A stretch of DNA of 64,000 bases from the human T2T-CHM13v2.0 reference genome, Homo sapiens. This document shows, piece by piece, positions 27,670-40,659 of the stretch. The stretch lies in assembly GCF_009914755.1 (NCBI RefSeq), contig NC_060928.1; one strand, 5' to 3'. A model generated the notes under the pieces. That model was not told the DNA's origin, did not search any database, and saw only the letters and a list, made by a program, of their open reading frames with translations. Numbering within the stretch: the first letter of the stretch is position 1; each line of letters starts with the position of its first letter. The position numbers and the translations under genes were made by a program.

Positions 27670-30600
27670 TTAAGTGCAAAGACAAACCCAAAATATTAAG
27701 GAGTTTATTTCTATGGCAGTCGAGGAAGGAGTCACATTCATTATACAAATAAAGTCAGCCTATTTCCTTTTGAAATATTATACCAAGTCATGGAAAAATT
27801 ACTGAAATCCTCAAAGTACCCAAGTCATTCCTTCAGCAAGTCTGAGAAGATGACAAATACATTTTTCAGATTTCCCTCAGTCACCGAGTGGTTGCCTCCT
27901 AATCATCCAGGCTTTCTCTCCTTCGGGAAAACTTCTCTGATCAACCTTTTTCCTTCACACTCTCACCCTTTCCAGCTTTGGGCTCAATTGTTCTTCATTG
28001 TGTCTTTATATCTTGTGTGTGTCTCTGTCACTGCTTCACTATTTTATAAAAGCATATTTGTGCATTTGTGTGCCTATTTACACTTAATCCCACTGGTCAG
28101 TTTTTGTTTGTTTGTTTTGTTCTGTTTTGTTTTGATGTAGCAGCTGCATGTCTCTGAAACACTCACTTGCATTTGTGATATTTATTCAATGTCTGTTTTC
28201 CCAGATATACTATAAGGTCCAACACGAAAGAGAACATACCTATTCTGTTCACTGCTGAAACCTAAGCTTCTAGCCCTTAGGAGATATTTGTTGAATGAAT
28301 GAGTTTCTAGAAGTCTCACTTATCTTCCTAACCTTAGCACCCTGCGTGGTGTCTGATGCATAGTATATCATCAGAAAGTCTTCTTTTGGTGAAGAAATTT
28401 ATATAGTCATAAGCAAAACACTCCTAATGACATACTTACCACCCAGTCATAATAATGAACCAACCAACCAATAAATATTTGTGCACATAATAACCTAGTT
28501 GGGGAGACAGATGGAGTATGTCTTATGTTCTGCACGATGGATTAAGTCTGCGGGTTCTGAAACTAGATAGTCTGGGTTTAAGTCCTCCACTTACCAGCTA
28601 TGTGACCTTTGGTAAGCTGGTGAATAGCTCTCTGTACCTCTGTTTCCTCATATAATGTTTGTATCAGTTTAAAACTCAAAGCACTTTGAGTACAGCTTAG
28701 CATATAGTATAGTCAGTACTAATAAAAGTCAGCTATTATTACCAAGTGTGCTTCTAAATTAGTCAGCTATTCAGTTGGCTGCTCTTAGTAGCTAGCTCAT
28801 CCATACCTGTTTAATTACTGGTCTAGGTGGGGAGAAGGGTCAGTGTGTGAAGTGCCAATATGCATGGCAAGTACTTCATGAAGCTGGTCGTCACCTGCTT
28901 CTTTTAGATGACATATGCATGCTTCAGTAAACCAGTTCTCAGTTCTTTATATTATTGTTTTTGTAGTGTTTTTTTCTCTATAGTGAGAAATTATTTTGCA
29001 TGATGTCTGATCAAATGTGGGCAAGCAAATGTTAAAGCAAGAGGGACTTGTAATTTTTCCATATCTAGCCAGCTTCACTGCTTGACTACAGACATTTGAA
29101 TTTGTGTCCTCTCTTGTAGACCATAGACTTGCTGAATGCAGGGATAGTATTGTTGTGTTAACACAACGTCGGGTGCATAGAAAGTAATTAATATAATTCC
29201 TTTGAATTAATGATTGTAAAAATGAACAAAAGAATGGATAAAACAAATAGGATCCTGTAAGCTCTTATGTAAAGTGCTGTGTTTTTTTTTTTTTTTAATT
29301 GTGAACTATGCATTATAGTATTTCAGTTAAAAATCAGTGAGGCCTGGAGTGGAATATACATGGAAGGTATCATGGTGAGGTACGGCTTGAACTGGGCTTC
29401 AAGGAAGATAATAATTTGTATGCACTGAAGGACAGAAGGTAAGGGACGTTATAAATGGGAAAATAATGAATAACACCCTTTTAAAACTCATGTTTATTTT
29501 TAAGTCTTAATTAATGCTCTTAGTAGGTCTGGAATTGTCAGTGTCGAGTTGTGTTGCTTATTTGATTGATGGATTCTTTGGAAAGCTGTCATGAAACTTG
29601 AGAATTTGTTGTTTCAGGGCCAGTAGTAAAAGAGAAACAGGAAGGAGAGCAAGAAGGGTTTCCTAGCACAGAGACATCTCCACCAAAAGGAGATAAAGGA
29701 CTGGGTAATTAACAGTATCTTGACAATTGAAAAACAAATCTCCACCTACACACAACTTGCAGTTGATAAAAATGTTTCATTTTGGGAAATGTGCTCATGG
29801 ATTGGGGGCTTTCCATGAAATGTGAGAACTACTTTTTATCCATTTTTTAAAGACCATGAGCACTAAATATGAAAGTCAGTGACCTTTTGATGCGAAGAAT
29901 AATTCTTATCCTTCTGTATACAATTCACCCATGAAAACAGCAACAAATTACTCAAGTAAACAGATTGATTTTTTAAAACTCCAGACTAAAAGAATATTTA
30001 ATTTCTGACACCAGCTGTTCCTGCTACTATGTGGAGTTGGATTTCAGATATGTGAACAAAACCTATTAAAACATATAACTGCATCAATTATGTTTAGATA
30101 ATTTAATTTAAAATTTTAGAATTCAAATTTGATTTTAATCACTTTACAGTGAGAATTTCATATTTGTTGTTTGTTTTTGTGCATTTGGTTAAAAATTATG
30201 GGCTAGATCCAAATATAATAGTTATTTCTTTTCTTTTTCATTCATACTGTTTCATTATTGTAGGAGCTTTTGTGACTCAAATTACTAGGATTTTGTATAA
30301 ATTTTCTATCTTCAAGGAGTCCATGAATTATTACGTATTTCTTAAAATTCATTTATTATATATCAATTAATTTTTATAATATAGTGATTAATTTTTTATT
30401 TAATCCTTCATAGCAGTTAAAAGGTTGAGGTTAAAGTTATTAACACGAGTGACCATGGTCTACATTAATAATAGTGAAATAGATGAGATTTCTTTGTTGT
30501 TTACCATGTGCCTGATATATTTAGTCTTCATTTAACTTTTCTTAGTACCCAAAAAGTTAGGTGCTATTATGATTATCCCCAGCTTTTAGTTAAAGAGACT

Positions 30601-30876
30601 TGGTAATAGAGGTTAAGGAATTCAAATCGAGGTCTTTCTGATTCTTGAGCTTTGGATGGTTAACTACTCTGTAATTTGGCCTCTCAGAGTTAATGCTTTC
30701 ATGATAGATAAACTTCATTCATAAAAAAATTTATTTCTAAAATCTAGATTATAAATTTTAGAGGAACAGGGCTGTGTATTGTAACTGTTACACTTATGTC
30801 TATCACATTATCACATACTAGGAAGTGCTTATACACTTCTTGGATGATGACATGGATGAGATTGTCTTGAGCTTAC

Positions 30877-31019
30877 CTGACATGCGTCCACTCCACCTTG
30901 AGGTACTCCAGCACACAGCATTCCAGACAAGATGGCTCCATTATAACTATGTGGTGCATTACATACATCATTACTTATTATTCTGACCTGTCCTTGCCTT
31001 AGCTCTGGAACTGTGTGGC
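30877..31019 (-). CDS. TMPRSS11D: TMPRSS11D exon 9 (S1-pocket Asp, VDACQ), 143 bp
   Basis: cag|GC CAC ACA...TGT CAG|gtaag; HTVPELRQGQVRIISNDVCNAPHSYNGAILSGMLCAGVPQGGVDACQ. Confidence 0.99.
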
Positions 31020-31814
31020 CTGTTTGTTATAAAAGCAGGAAAAAAATGGACTTCAAGATGTGTACATTATTGACCCTATAATAAATTTGAGAAGAAATAA
31101 ATGTACTCCAAACATTATTTCATATTTAACAATGAAGGCTTCTAAAGATTTACTTTGGAGTTTCTTCGCAGCCAAAATTCCCCAAGTAGATGAGGATAAC
31201 CCCTTTCACAGATCAGTTTTTTTTTCTTTTTTTTCTTTAGCTTTGTGACACAGTGCCCCTTAAAATTTTAAGAAAACAAATATCTTAAAATTGACTAAAA
31301 GCTTTTAAATTATCCACTGACAGATTTTGGATTGGAAGATTACATATTGAATAACCTTTAACCTAGCAGCAAAAGAGAAACCAGTCTAGTTTCAAGGCTA
31401 AAGAACTAGTCTATTTTATATTGATGTACTCTCAGAATGACACCAATAGTTTTTCATGACTGGTGCAAATGTTATCTACTACACCAATTTACTTTGGGCC
31501 ATAAGAACACAATAGAATGTGTTCTAGGACTATTAAGGCTTTGTATTATTCCTTGGAGAGACAATCTACAACATGGGTAAAAGCCCAGGGAAATTGTCAA
31601 TGCTACCCTTCCACTCCTTCGCTGATACTCTTACTGGTTCTAGTAGCTCTTGTGCATTGTCCTCATTTTAGTTTCCATTTTATTCATTCAATAAACAAAT
31701 ATGACCAATGTTTATATACACATCGAGTTTTTGCCATATCCCAGAATACTTTAAAGGGCAGTTAATACCTTAAGGATTATTAAGCCCTCATACAATGTCT
31801 AATCTAAATCCTCC

Positions 31815-32092
31815 CATTGCTTTGGGAGGCCAACAAGGCAGGAGGATGGCTTGAGGGCAGGAATTCCAGACCAGCCTGGGCAACAGAGCAAGAACCTGTC
31901 TGTAGAAAAAAAAAAAAAAAGCTGGGTATGGTGGTACACACTTATTTATAATTCTAGCTACTTGGGAGGCTGAAGCAAGAGGATTTCTTAAGACCAGAGT
32001 TTGAGGCTGCAGTAAGCCATGATTGCACCACTGCACTCCAGTCTGAGAAAGTCTTTGTCTCTAAAAAACAAGCAAACAAACAAACAAACAAA
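31815..32092 (+). mobile_element. AluJ-like, 5'-truncated, in TMPRSS11D intron 8
   Basis: gctttgggaggcc...ccagcctgggcaac...tgaggctgcagtaagccatgattgcaccactgcactccag; (CAAA)n tail. Confidence 0.9.
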
Positions 32093-32405
32093 ATCTTTTT
32101 TATTGTTTATAGGGAAGCTATTTGAATCTTATAGAATCTCTGGATTATTAAAGAACTCGTGTCTTCATAACTTTCTTTTACATTTTCCTATTACTATATT
32201 TGAGAATTCCCATAGTTTCTGGAGCATTGCTTTGCTTTGCTAAGGAGACTCAGGGGTAGCCAGAGCTTGGGCTGAGCAGAATATAGAATGGTTCTGTCTG
32301 TAGAAGAATAGAAACACCTATTCCAGATGTTTCCTAATTTAAAAAATTACCTAATAGCAAATATAAGACATTTCTATTGTTAATTTTTTTTTCCGAGACA
32401 CTTAC

Positions 32406-32665
32406 CAGCATATTCTTGAGCGCCCCATCCTGTTACATAAGCAGTAGAGCCAGGTGGAATATTCTGGGTAGCAGCTGGGAGACACACACTATGGATATCT
32501 TTGGTAAAGGTGACACTGTTCTCAAGTCTCACAAGTGCAATGTCATTTTCATGAGTTGCAGATTTATAATTGTTATGAATTAAAATATTTCTTACTCTCA
32601 TTCTTAGTTTAGGAAATGTTGTGGAAATACCAGACGTGGCAATCCAGTCACGAGGATTAGAGTTG
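32406..32665 (-). CDS. TMPRSS11D: TMPRSS11D exon 8 (catalytic Asp, NDIALV), 260 bp
   Basis: tag|C AAC TCT...GCT G|gtaag; NSNPRDWIATSG...HENDIALVRLEN...VTGWGAQEYA; overlaps track ORF 32380..32601. Confidence 0.99.
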
Positions 32666-33225
32666 CTAAAACATTATGAAAACATGCTATATGAGTAGGG
32701 AATTTGTGAACATTTCAGATATATAAATTCATCTTAGCCATCCTGTACCACTATCTAGAAACTATTGGATCCACATCTCTTTGCTATATTTTCCTGCATT
32801 ATAAGCTGGCAAGTGAGTTTAATTCTTCACTGGCCGAATACATGGTCACTTGTCTAAAGAAATGGAGAAGATTTTAGAAAACATATCGTGGGGTGATCTT
32901 GGTGTTTTTCTATTCCAATGAAGTTATTCTGATACTTTAATGATAAGTAGCATAACACAAATATCTTTGATTTCTCTTTTGTCCATACCTCCCTTCCCAT
33001 TTAAGCAACTAAGAAACCTGAAATAATAAACATTTTAGATTTAACTAATTTTTTTCAATCCCTGTCTTTTCCTTTAGCCAGGAGCTCCATTTAAATAGTA
33101 GTGATGATAAGGGGCATTCTTATCTTGTTAATGGATGAATAATTTTTCTGCACTAAGTCTGATAATGGTTGAAGATTTTGGTATGTGTGTGTGTGTGTGT
33201 GTGTGCATATATACATATGTATGTA

Positions 33226-34513
33226 TGGGGTCTTCAAAAGTTCATTGAAAATGTATATTATAAACAAACTATGCATGGATTTCAAAGATTTTTGCATGCA
33301 GATAAACTCATACTAACTTGTCATACTGAACAAGATCTAGTTTGAGGCACTAAGAGGAATAAGACATGAATTTGAAAAGAGCTCTTATCAAAGCAACATG
33401 AATGCTGCTAAAATTGAAGCAAAAAAACATCAAATTTATGGTGAAACTGGAAGAATGGTGAAATTATTTATGCCTTACAAAAAGTTTATGGGGACAGCAT
33501 CTCCCCCAATCATCAGTTTACTAATGGATAATTTGTTTCAAGAAAGAAAGAGATGTTGTTGAGGGTGAAGCCCGCAGCAACAGATCATCCACATCAGTTT
33601 GCTAGGAAAAATTTCATCTTGTTCATGTCTCAAAGAGGACCAACAATTAACTGTCAGAAACAATAGACAACACCATAGACATCTCAACTGGTTCAGCTTA
33701 TACAATTCTGACTGAAAAACTAAAGTTGAGCAAACTTTCTACTTGATGGATGCCAAAACTGTTTCGCCCAGATCAGCTGCACCCAAGGTCAGAGCTTCCA
33801 ATAGAAATTTTAAACATGTCAGATCAAGATTCTGAAGTATTTCTTTGAAGAATTGTAACAGAAGATGAAATATGGCTTTACTAATACAATCTTGAAGACA
33901 AAGCACCATCAAAGCAATGGCTATAAAGAGGTAGAAGTGGTCCAGTCAAAGCAAAACCAGACTAGTCAAGAACAAAAGTCATGACAACAGACATTTGGGA
34001 TGCTGAAGGCATTTTGCTTGTTGACCTTCTAAAGGGTCAGTGAAAAATAACATCTTCTTCTTATGAGAGTAAGAAAGTTAGCCAAAGCTTTAGTAGAAAA
34101 AGTGTCCAGGAAAGCTCCACCAGAGTTCTTCTCCATCACAACCATGCTCATGCTCATTCCTCTCATCAAATAAGGTTAGTTTTATGAAAGTTTCAGCAAG
34201 AAATCACTAGGCATCCACCTTTCAGTCCTGATTTGACTTCCTCTGACTTATTTTTGTTCCCTAATCTTAAAACAATCTTTAAAAGGCACCCATTTTTCAT
34301 CAATAAGTACTGTAAAAAAGTAATGTAAAAAAGACTGCATTGACATAGTTAAATTCTCAGGACCCTCAGTTCTTTAGGGATGGACGATATGGCTGGTATT
34401 ATTGCTTACAAAAGTGTCTTGAACTTGAAGGAGCTTATGTTGAGAAATAAAGTTTATAATTTTTTATTTTATCTTTTAATTTTATTTTCCATAAACTTAT
34501 CGAACTCCCCTCA
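33226..34513 (+). mobile_element. Hsmar2 mariner DNA transposon, near full length (~1.29 kb), in intron 7
   Basis: TIR tggggtcttcaaaagttcattgaaaat ... attttccataaacttatcgaactcccctca; TA on both flanks (33224-33225, 34514-34515). Confidence 0.92.
33398..34450 (+). pseudogene. Disrupted Hsmar2 transposase ORF
   Basis: Starts MNAAKIEA; motif relics IVTEDEIWLY*, HHNHAHAH (for HHDNAPAH), HPPFSPDLTSSD; ends GAYVEK*; several stops and frameshifts. Confidence 0.88.
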
Positions 34514-34599
34514 TATATAGGTATATGTATGTGTGTACAAGTATATGTGCACCTATATACATAGGGGGAGACAGAGAGAGAACAGTAGCGTAAAAAAAA

Positions 34600-35420
34600 A
34601 AAAAGGACATTACCTTTATGACCTAGGAATGGGGACTTTTTGGCTAAACAACAAAAACACAAACTAAAAGGTAAAAATAGAATGAATTCTATTAAATCAA
34701 AATTAGATATACCATAGACAAGTTTACCAGATGGATGAGGAACCATGGGAAAATATTGGTAATGTTTAATGACTAAAATTTTTGTAGAATATATTTTAAA
34801 AGTCTGTAAACCAGTAATAAATAAGCAGAAAAACCATTGTAAAATAGGCAAAGAATATTAGTGGCAGTTCATGGTAGGGGAGATCAAAACAGCTCTTAGA
34901 TATATGAAAAGATACTCAAACTAGTAATCTGAGAAATTAAAATTATAAAAATGAGCATCTTGTGTACATTTAAAAGATTGATAAAACTTAAACAAAAGAA
35001 TAATACTAAATGTTGATGTGGAGGGAAATGGGGCCTCTTTTGCAATACTGGTAAAGATTTAAGTGGCTGGAAAGTATTCTGGTATATTTAGCAGCCTGCA
35101 TGTGTGCTTCTGAAATTCCTGAAGGTTTACAGAAAGATAAGTACAAATATTTTGTGTGTACTCTTTGTGGCAATGGGAAGGTAGGTCATGCAACCTAATT
35201 GGATGAAGGAAATATGGTGGCTGCATACCATGGGGTGCTATGCAGCAGTGCATCAGATGAAAATTCCAAGAATTGAGTGAAAACAGTAAGAAACAATATT
35301 AGACTTTTACACAATGCTACTTATTTAAATTAAAGACATATACATACAAAAAAACACTATAGGTTTTGTAGGTGCGTGCATGTACCTTTAAGACATGTAT
35401 ATTTCGAATATATTAGTATG
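34600..35420 (+). mobile_element. Old L1M (ME-like) 3' region
   Basis: ataggcaaagaatattagtggcagttc...atatgaaaagatactcaaac...gaggaaatatggtgg. Confidence 0.7.
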
Positions 35421-38347
35421 AGGCATATGGGTGGAAGGAGGGCAGTGAAAGTGAAATCCAGGGATGACAGGAGGAAAAAAAATTAAAATGAGAGAAATGC
35501 CTTGTACAGACTGATGAAAATAAGGATCTGTGATGTGGAGGGCTGATTAACTTAACATTGTTCCTAAGGGTTGAGTAAAAACAAAATGTTACCAATAATA
35601 CCAATTTAGGAGTTTTATGGAGATTAGATAGTGGAGTTAATACAGAAAATAAAAATTCTATGACCGGAAATACTTTTATAAGACACAGTAGTTTGTGTAA
35701 GAGTGAACCTGAGTTAAAAATTTTGAAGAAAAAATATTAGAAAACAAACAAACCTATGTTGTTTTTATATTCAACTTCTTTTGCTCGGAGTCTTTACAGT
35801 GAAGGTTCTGAAGAGACTCTTTTTTCTTTCCTTCCTTTTCTCTCTTCCCTCCCTCTCTTCCTTCCACTCGTTTATTTTCTTCCTTTCCTTCTTTCCAGCA
35901 AGTGAATTAGAGCATCATTTTGGAACCAGTAACATTTATATTTAAATCTTGGCTATGCCACATATGAAAAGTGTTATTTATGACAAGTTAATTAATAGCT
36001 CTGGGGTTTATTTACATATAAAATGTGATTGGTGATACCTTCTCACACAATTGTTAAGTATTAATGAGACAAATGTATTATGTCAACTATAGTGTTTGGC
36101 ACAAAGTGAACTTTCATGAAGGTAGCTATTATTTTCATTAATTATAGTTCAACAAGCCATTGTTAAGTGTCTACTTTGTATAAGGAATAGTATGAGTCTC
36201 CAGGAATAAAAATATAAGTAATTATGGTCTCTTTCTTTGAGGAACTCTACACTAGTGAAGGAAACTGACAAGAGGTAAGTCAAATATCACAAATCATGAG
36301 GACAACTGTTAAAGGCAGATAAAAAAATTTCTGTGGAACTCAATGGAGAGGAAAGAGAGTATCAGGGAAAGCTACATAGAAGAGGTGATAATTCAATAAT
36401 CCTCTTTGATAAGACCTCATCACTTCTATGTACTTTGATGTAAGGCTGGTCATGCCCCAAACAAATCCTCACTGATGGTTCTCAGTGACAATCAGGTCTT
36501 TAGGGAGGGGTCCAATACAAGGTTCACAGAGTCTGTTAGCTTTAGTGGATCAATCATGGTAATGAATAGAAGGATGTGGGGTGGCAAAATTCAAAGTTCC
36601 ATGGATTCCTTTGGTAATCGTTGTTGATATTTATAACTGTGGCTTTCATTATAGTGATATCGTTTACTTGGTTTTTGGTGATTGGGACTGAATAGGGCTT
36701 AGAATCCAGGGAGGTTTCTATTCTGTTCTTGGTTATGCTAAGTGCCTGATAAGTCCAGGTATTTTAATTCCTGGTTCCCACACTCAAGAGTATGATTGAA
36801 ATCAATGCGTGTCATTTCTGCTTTTTGGCCTTTCAAGTGGCAATGAAAATTGAAATGTTTTTGTGAATTTTGTCTCTTGGGTTATTTGGGATATAGTAAT
36901 AAATTTGCCAATCTACATCAGAAAACTGATAATTCTGGGAGTATCTTTTAAAGTTTCAAATTTGTTCACTGCATATAAAAATATTAAGTCATAAAATTAC
37001 CATAAGAAAAATTTGAAATAATTTGGGATTTCCTAAAACTTTAGTTCAGTAACTACCCTAGTCTTTTAAATCTTTATTCCTTCTAAATTTAACAAATACG
37101 TTTGTAACAGTCACTGTACCATGAAGTAGTGCCTATAAATCTGAAAAAACTACTTAGAAATTATCAAAAATTTCATAAAATTCAAATAGAGATGTGGTAA
37201 ATATATTAACATTTCAAGGATAAGCAGATTGATCAGATACTCATAGGTAGGGAAATGTAGGAAGAGTCCAGGGGAAGAGAACAATGCTGTTTATCTGAAG
37301 CTCAAGGTACATGCTTTGAGAAATAAGACTGGATTGATCTGCCTATGGAAGGCTTTGTGTGTGTGATAAGGAGGTCCAGTTTAGAGTAAGAGTCTGAGAA
37401 GAAAATTGATATGGTCAGGGGCACACGAGTTCAAATCTCCATTATTTTTCTGGGTGAACTTTTTGAGTTAAGTTCCCAACAACTGTTGTGGTCTGCGATG
37501 CCCCAGTAACAAGGCAGGTTTGAAACAGATTTTAGTTATGCTGAAATCTAAAATCCTTCTTTTATGAGCAATGTGAACTTTTCTTTTTACCAATAAGGTA
37601 AGTTTATGCAACCTACTCGCCACTGGTAGCATATCACCCTAGTGTTGGCAACAGTTTAGTCACCTCAATTAAGAATTCTTGTAAGTTGCCTACATTAATT
37701 TTATTTATGCTACTCATTGTAATTGATCATTATTTTTGTGCATTCTGATTCCAACATTCGAGTGTAAGCTCTTTGAAGGCAGAGGCAATACTTTGTTTAT
37801 ACTAGTAGCTTCTACAATATATAACACTGTGCTCATACTAGATACTCAATAATCTTTATGAATGAATAAATTAATGGCATGGGGCAGTCTCTAGGTTAGC
37901 CATCAGCTCCCATGATATAATGTGCAAATCTTCCACAGCAATTCGTTTCGCTAACATTTAACGTATGTTTACATTAGTGTACTCAATGCTACCAGTAACA
38001 CTAAGTCACAGATAACAGTGTTGTCCCTTAATTTGGAAAAAAAATAAAGCTTATGGAGATTTAGTAAATTTCTTAAGCTTTTATAGCTAGGATTTAAAAA
38101 ACATTCTGACATATAAATCTTTGTTCTTTACTGTGCTAATATATTATTACCTGAAACAGAGAAATAGCACTAAATTAGCATGTTAAAGGGGAAAAATCCT
38201 TTTCCTTTCATGAATAGGAAGAAAATTCTTACTGATTTTTTTGCATTGAATTATTTCTGGCTCAATTCAATCCTAGGGTAGAGGGTGCAGTCTTCATGAC
38301 CTGTCTATTCTAATTGTTCCCAGATGGGTAGGTAGTGGTGGCCTCAC

Positions 38348-38525
38348 CTTCTGAAGCAGTGAGCTGCTGTCAGGATCCACATGTTATTGATCAGGCTGCC
38401 TCCACAGTGGTGGGCATTATTGAGCCGCAGACTGACTTGCCACGGCCAGCTTCCCTCCTCAGCCTCAGTGCCTCCAAGGATTCTCTGCTCAGACAATGTT
38501 ATTAGGTCTGGACCGGCCCCACATT
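38348..38525 (-). CDS. TMPRSS11D: TMPRSS11D exon 7 (activation site R|ILGG, catalytic His), 178 bp
   Basis: tag|AA TGT GGG...AGA AG|gtgag; [58 protein letters not shown]. Confidence 0.99.
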
Positions 38526-38874
38526 CTAATGAGAAAGGGCATTAATGTGCTGGGAAGATCATGATTCCTTTACATTTGGAAGAAGCTGAAGAGTCTTTCC
38601 ATAATTTATGACTTTTATGTCTTATACATTCTTCCTCAGGACATGCTGGATTTTCCAAAAAGCATGATCGATATATTTCTACAATGCATTTGTGACTACT
38701 GTTGCTTATAGATAGCATTTTGGAGAACATTTCTGAATTTAGTTGGCATATAGGCTTCAAATTTTGAGCAGCTTCAGAGTTCCCTGGAATTCCTCATGAG
38801 TTGAGGTTAAGATAGGTCATTATTGGATGTGCCAGCTCAGGCCACAGACTCCTGGGAAATTTCCTTTTTCTCAA

Positions 38875-39030
38875 TAGTCTTGCTATGCTCAGTGTGGTTT
38901 GTGGGCCTGCAGCATGGGCATCCCCTGGAAACTTATTAGAAGTGCTGATTCTTGGAACCACATCATGGGACAAATCTAAAGCTACATTTTGATGTGAGGT
39001 TCATGCACACATTGAAGTTGGAGGAAAACT
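38875..39030. mobile_element. MER5-type hAT MITE
   Basis: tcagtgtggtttgtgggcctgcagcatgggcatcccctggaaacttattagaagtgc...acattgaagttggag. Confidence 0.65.
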
Positions 39031-40226
39031 GGTCTCATCCAAAAGACTCCTTAGTGACTGCAGTTCACCTTGTAGAATCCAGTCCACCTCCAAGACTGAT
39101 GCTGTATTACCAAACATGCCCTCATAAAGGAGTCGCTATACCACAGAATATTCTTGAGGGTGACAGAGGGTTTCTAGTATCTAAATAAGGTTTATTTAAA
39201 TGTTTTCAAAGAGCTCGTGAATAGTCTACTGGCCAGAGCTGAAACGGGCTGGGGTAGGCTGATCACCCAATTCCTCTCAACTCGCATTCCCATAATTTTC
39301 TTCTTTTGTGTGGTCTATTACTAAGAAATTAATGGTAAATCACACAACTATTGCTGGGCTGGCTTTTAAGTAGTGCCCTGGTTTAATAGCACAACCACCT
39401 AAAGGCTTTTTTTTCCTAGCAAATTTCCTGGATAAAGGAGGACCAGGCTTCCATTAAGAGATACATGTGTTCCTTTGTGGCATCTCCCAAACAAATACCC
39501 TAGTAAATTGCTTATCACAGTTTCATTAACAATAAGCATGAATTAAATACGTAGTGAAGCTGAAAAACACCCATAGGACTACCATCACTTTGTAAAATCA
39601 CTGAAGTACCTAAGATAGGCCAGCTACCAGGTACATTGAACTAATTTTTAACTGCATTTTTTTGGTCAGAGAAGTAAGTTGCTGTTTTCTAGGGATTGCA
39701 TTTCTGCTATCCTAGCCTGAGAGTACATAGGATGATGTTGAAGAGTAGTGACTTTTCCTTCAGGTTATAGACCCAAAGCTGGGAAGACTTCTGACAATTC
39801 TTTTTTATTATACTTTGTGATTAACCTGAATTCACAACAAAGCAAGCTACTCTGGTGGTTAGGAGAAGCTACATAAACGGTGTCATCAAACATAATTTGT
39901 AAGTCTACAGAAATGCCACCTTAGAACCAGGGCAGTAAAAGGTTCTCAAAGCTGCCAAAGAAATTTTCATGAGGGCAATTTTGAGTGCAGAGTGGGTAGT
40001 CCTCCACTACAACTTCTTCCTTTTTCTAAAAGGAAAGGGGAAACCTAAAGTCCACTCCATGGGACACTTGGGATCAGCACTGTCTTGTTTCAACACCACC
40101 TGAGCGAACTAAGAACAAAGACATCAACTTGATAGATACTGCCTTGGCCAAAAGTACACAAAAGACTTGCACTTTTACTCTTTATGATTTGGCAAATTAC
40201 AGTTACAAAATAATATTAAAACTTAC

Positions 40227-40265
40227 CATTAATAAGCCAATTTGCTGCAGCCTGGTCAGTAAGTG
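40227..40265 (-). CDS. TMPRSS11D: TMPRSS11D exon 6 (linker micro-exon), 39 bp, phase 1 to 1
   Basis: tag|CA CTT ACT GAC...AAT G|gtaag; (S)LTDQAAANWLIN(E). Confidence 0.95.
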
Positions 40266-40324
40266 CTAGTATTAAAAAATGAGAATAAGATAAATACAAT
40301 AAAGGCTGATATCATTTCACCATA

Positions 40325-40515
40325 ATTTCTTAAAGTACAGTACCCAGACAACAAGAAGCAGAATTACTTGTTGGGGTTGGGGGGTGGTCCTCTAAAATGC
40401 AGATTCCTAGGCTTCCTTTCAGACCTGCTGAAACGATCTCTAACTCATGGGCCCTACAAATCTCTTTGTTTACAACCTTTTCCCAATTTGTTGTTATGCA
40501 TACTAAAGTTTGTAC
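40325..40515. mobile_element. MER5A-type hAT MITE just upstream of exon 6
   Basis: aaaatgcagattcctaggcttcctttcagacctgctgaa...ttatgcatactaaagtttg. Confidence 0.65.
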
Positions 40516-40659
40516 TTTAATTTCTCGTTAAATACTTAATAGATATCTCTTTTTTCAAGTTACTCAATTTATATGGGAAAACAGAAACATAAGCAAGTCA
40601 TTGAGATGCAATGTGATAAATACTATAGGGGAAGTTAATTTATCATGTCCTCAAATATA

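Noticed and set aside
33398-34450. Possible domesticated mariner transposase (SETMAR-like fusion)
   Set aside because: Antisense to the host gene, multiple stops and frameshifts, damaged catalytic motif.
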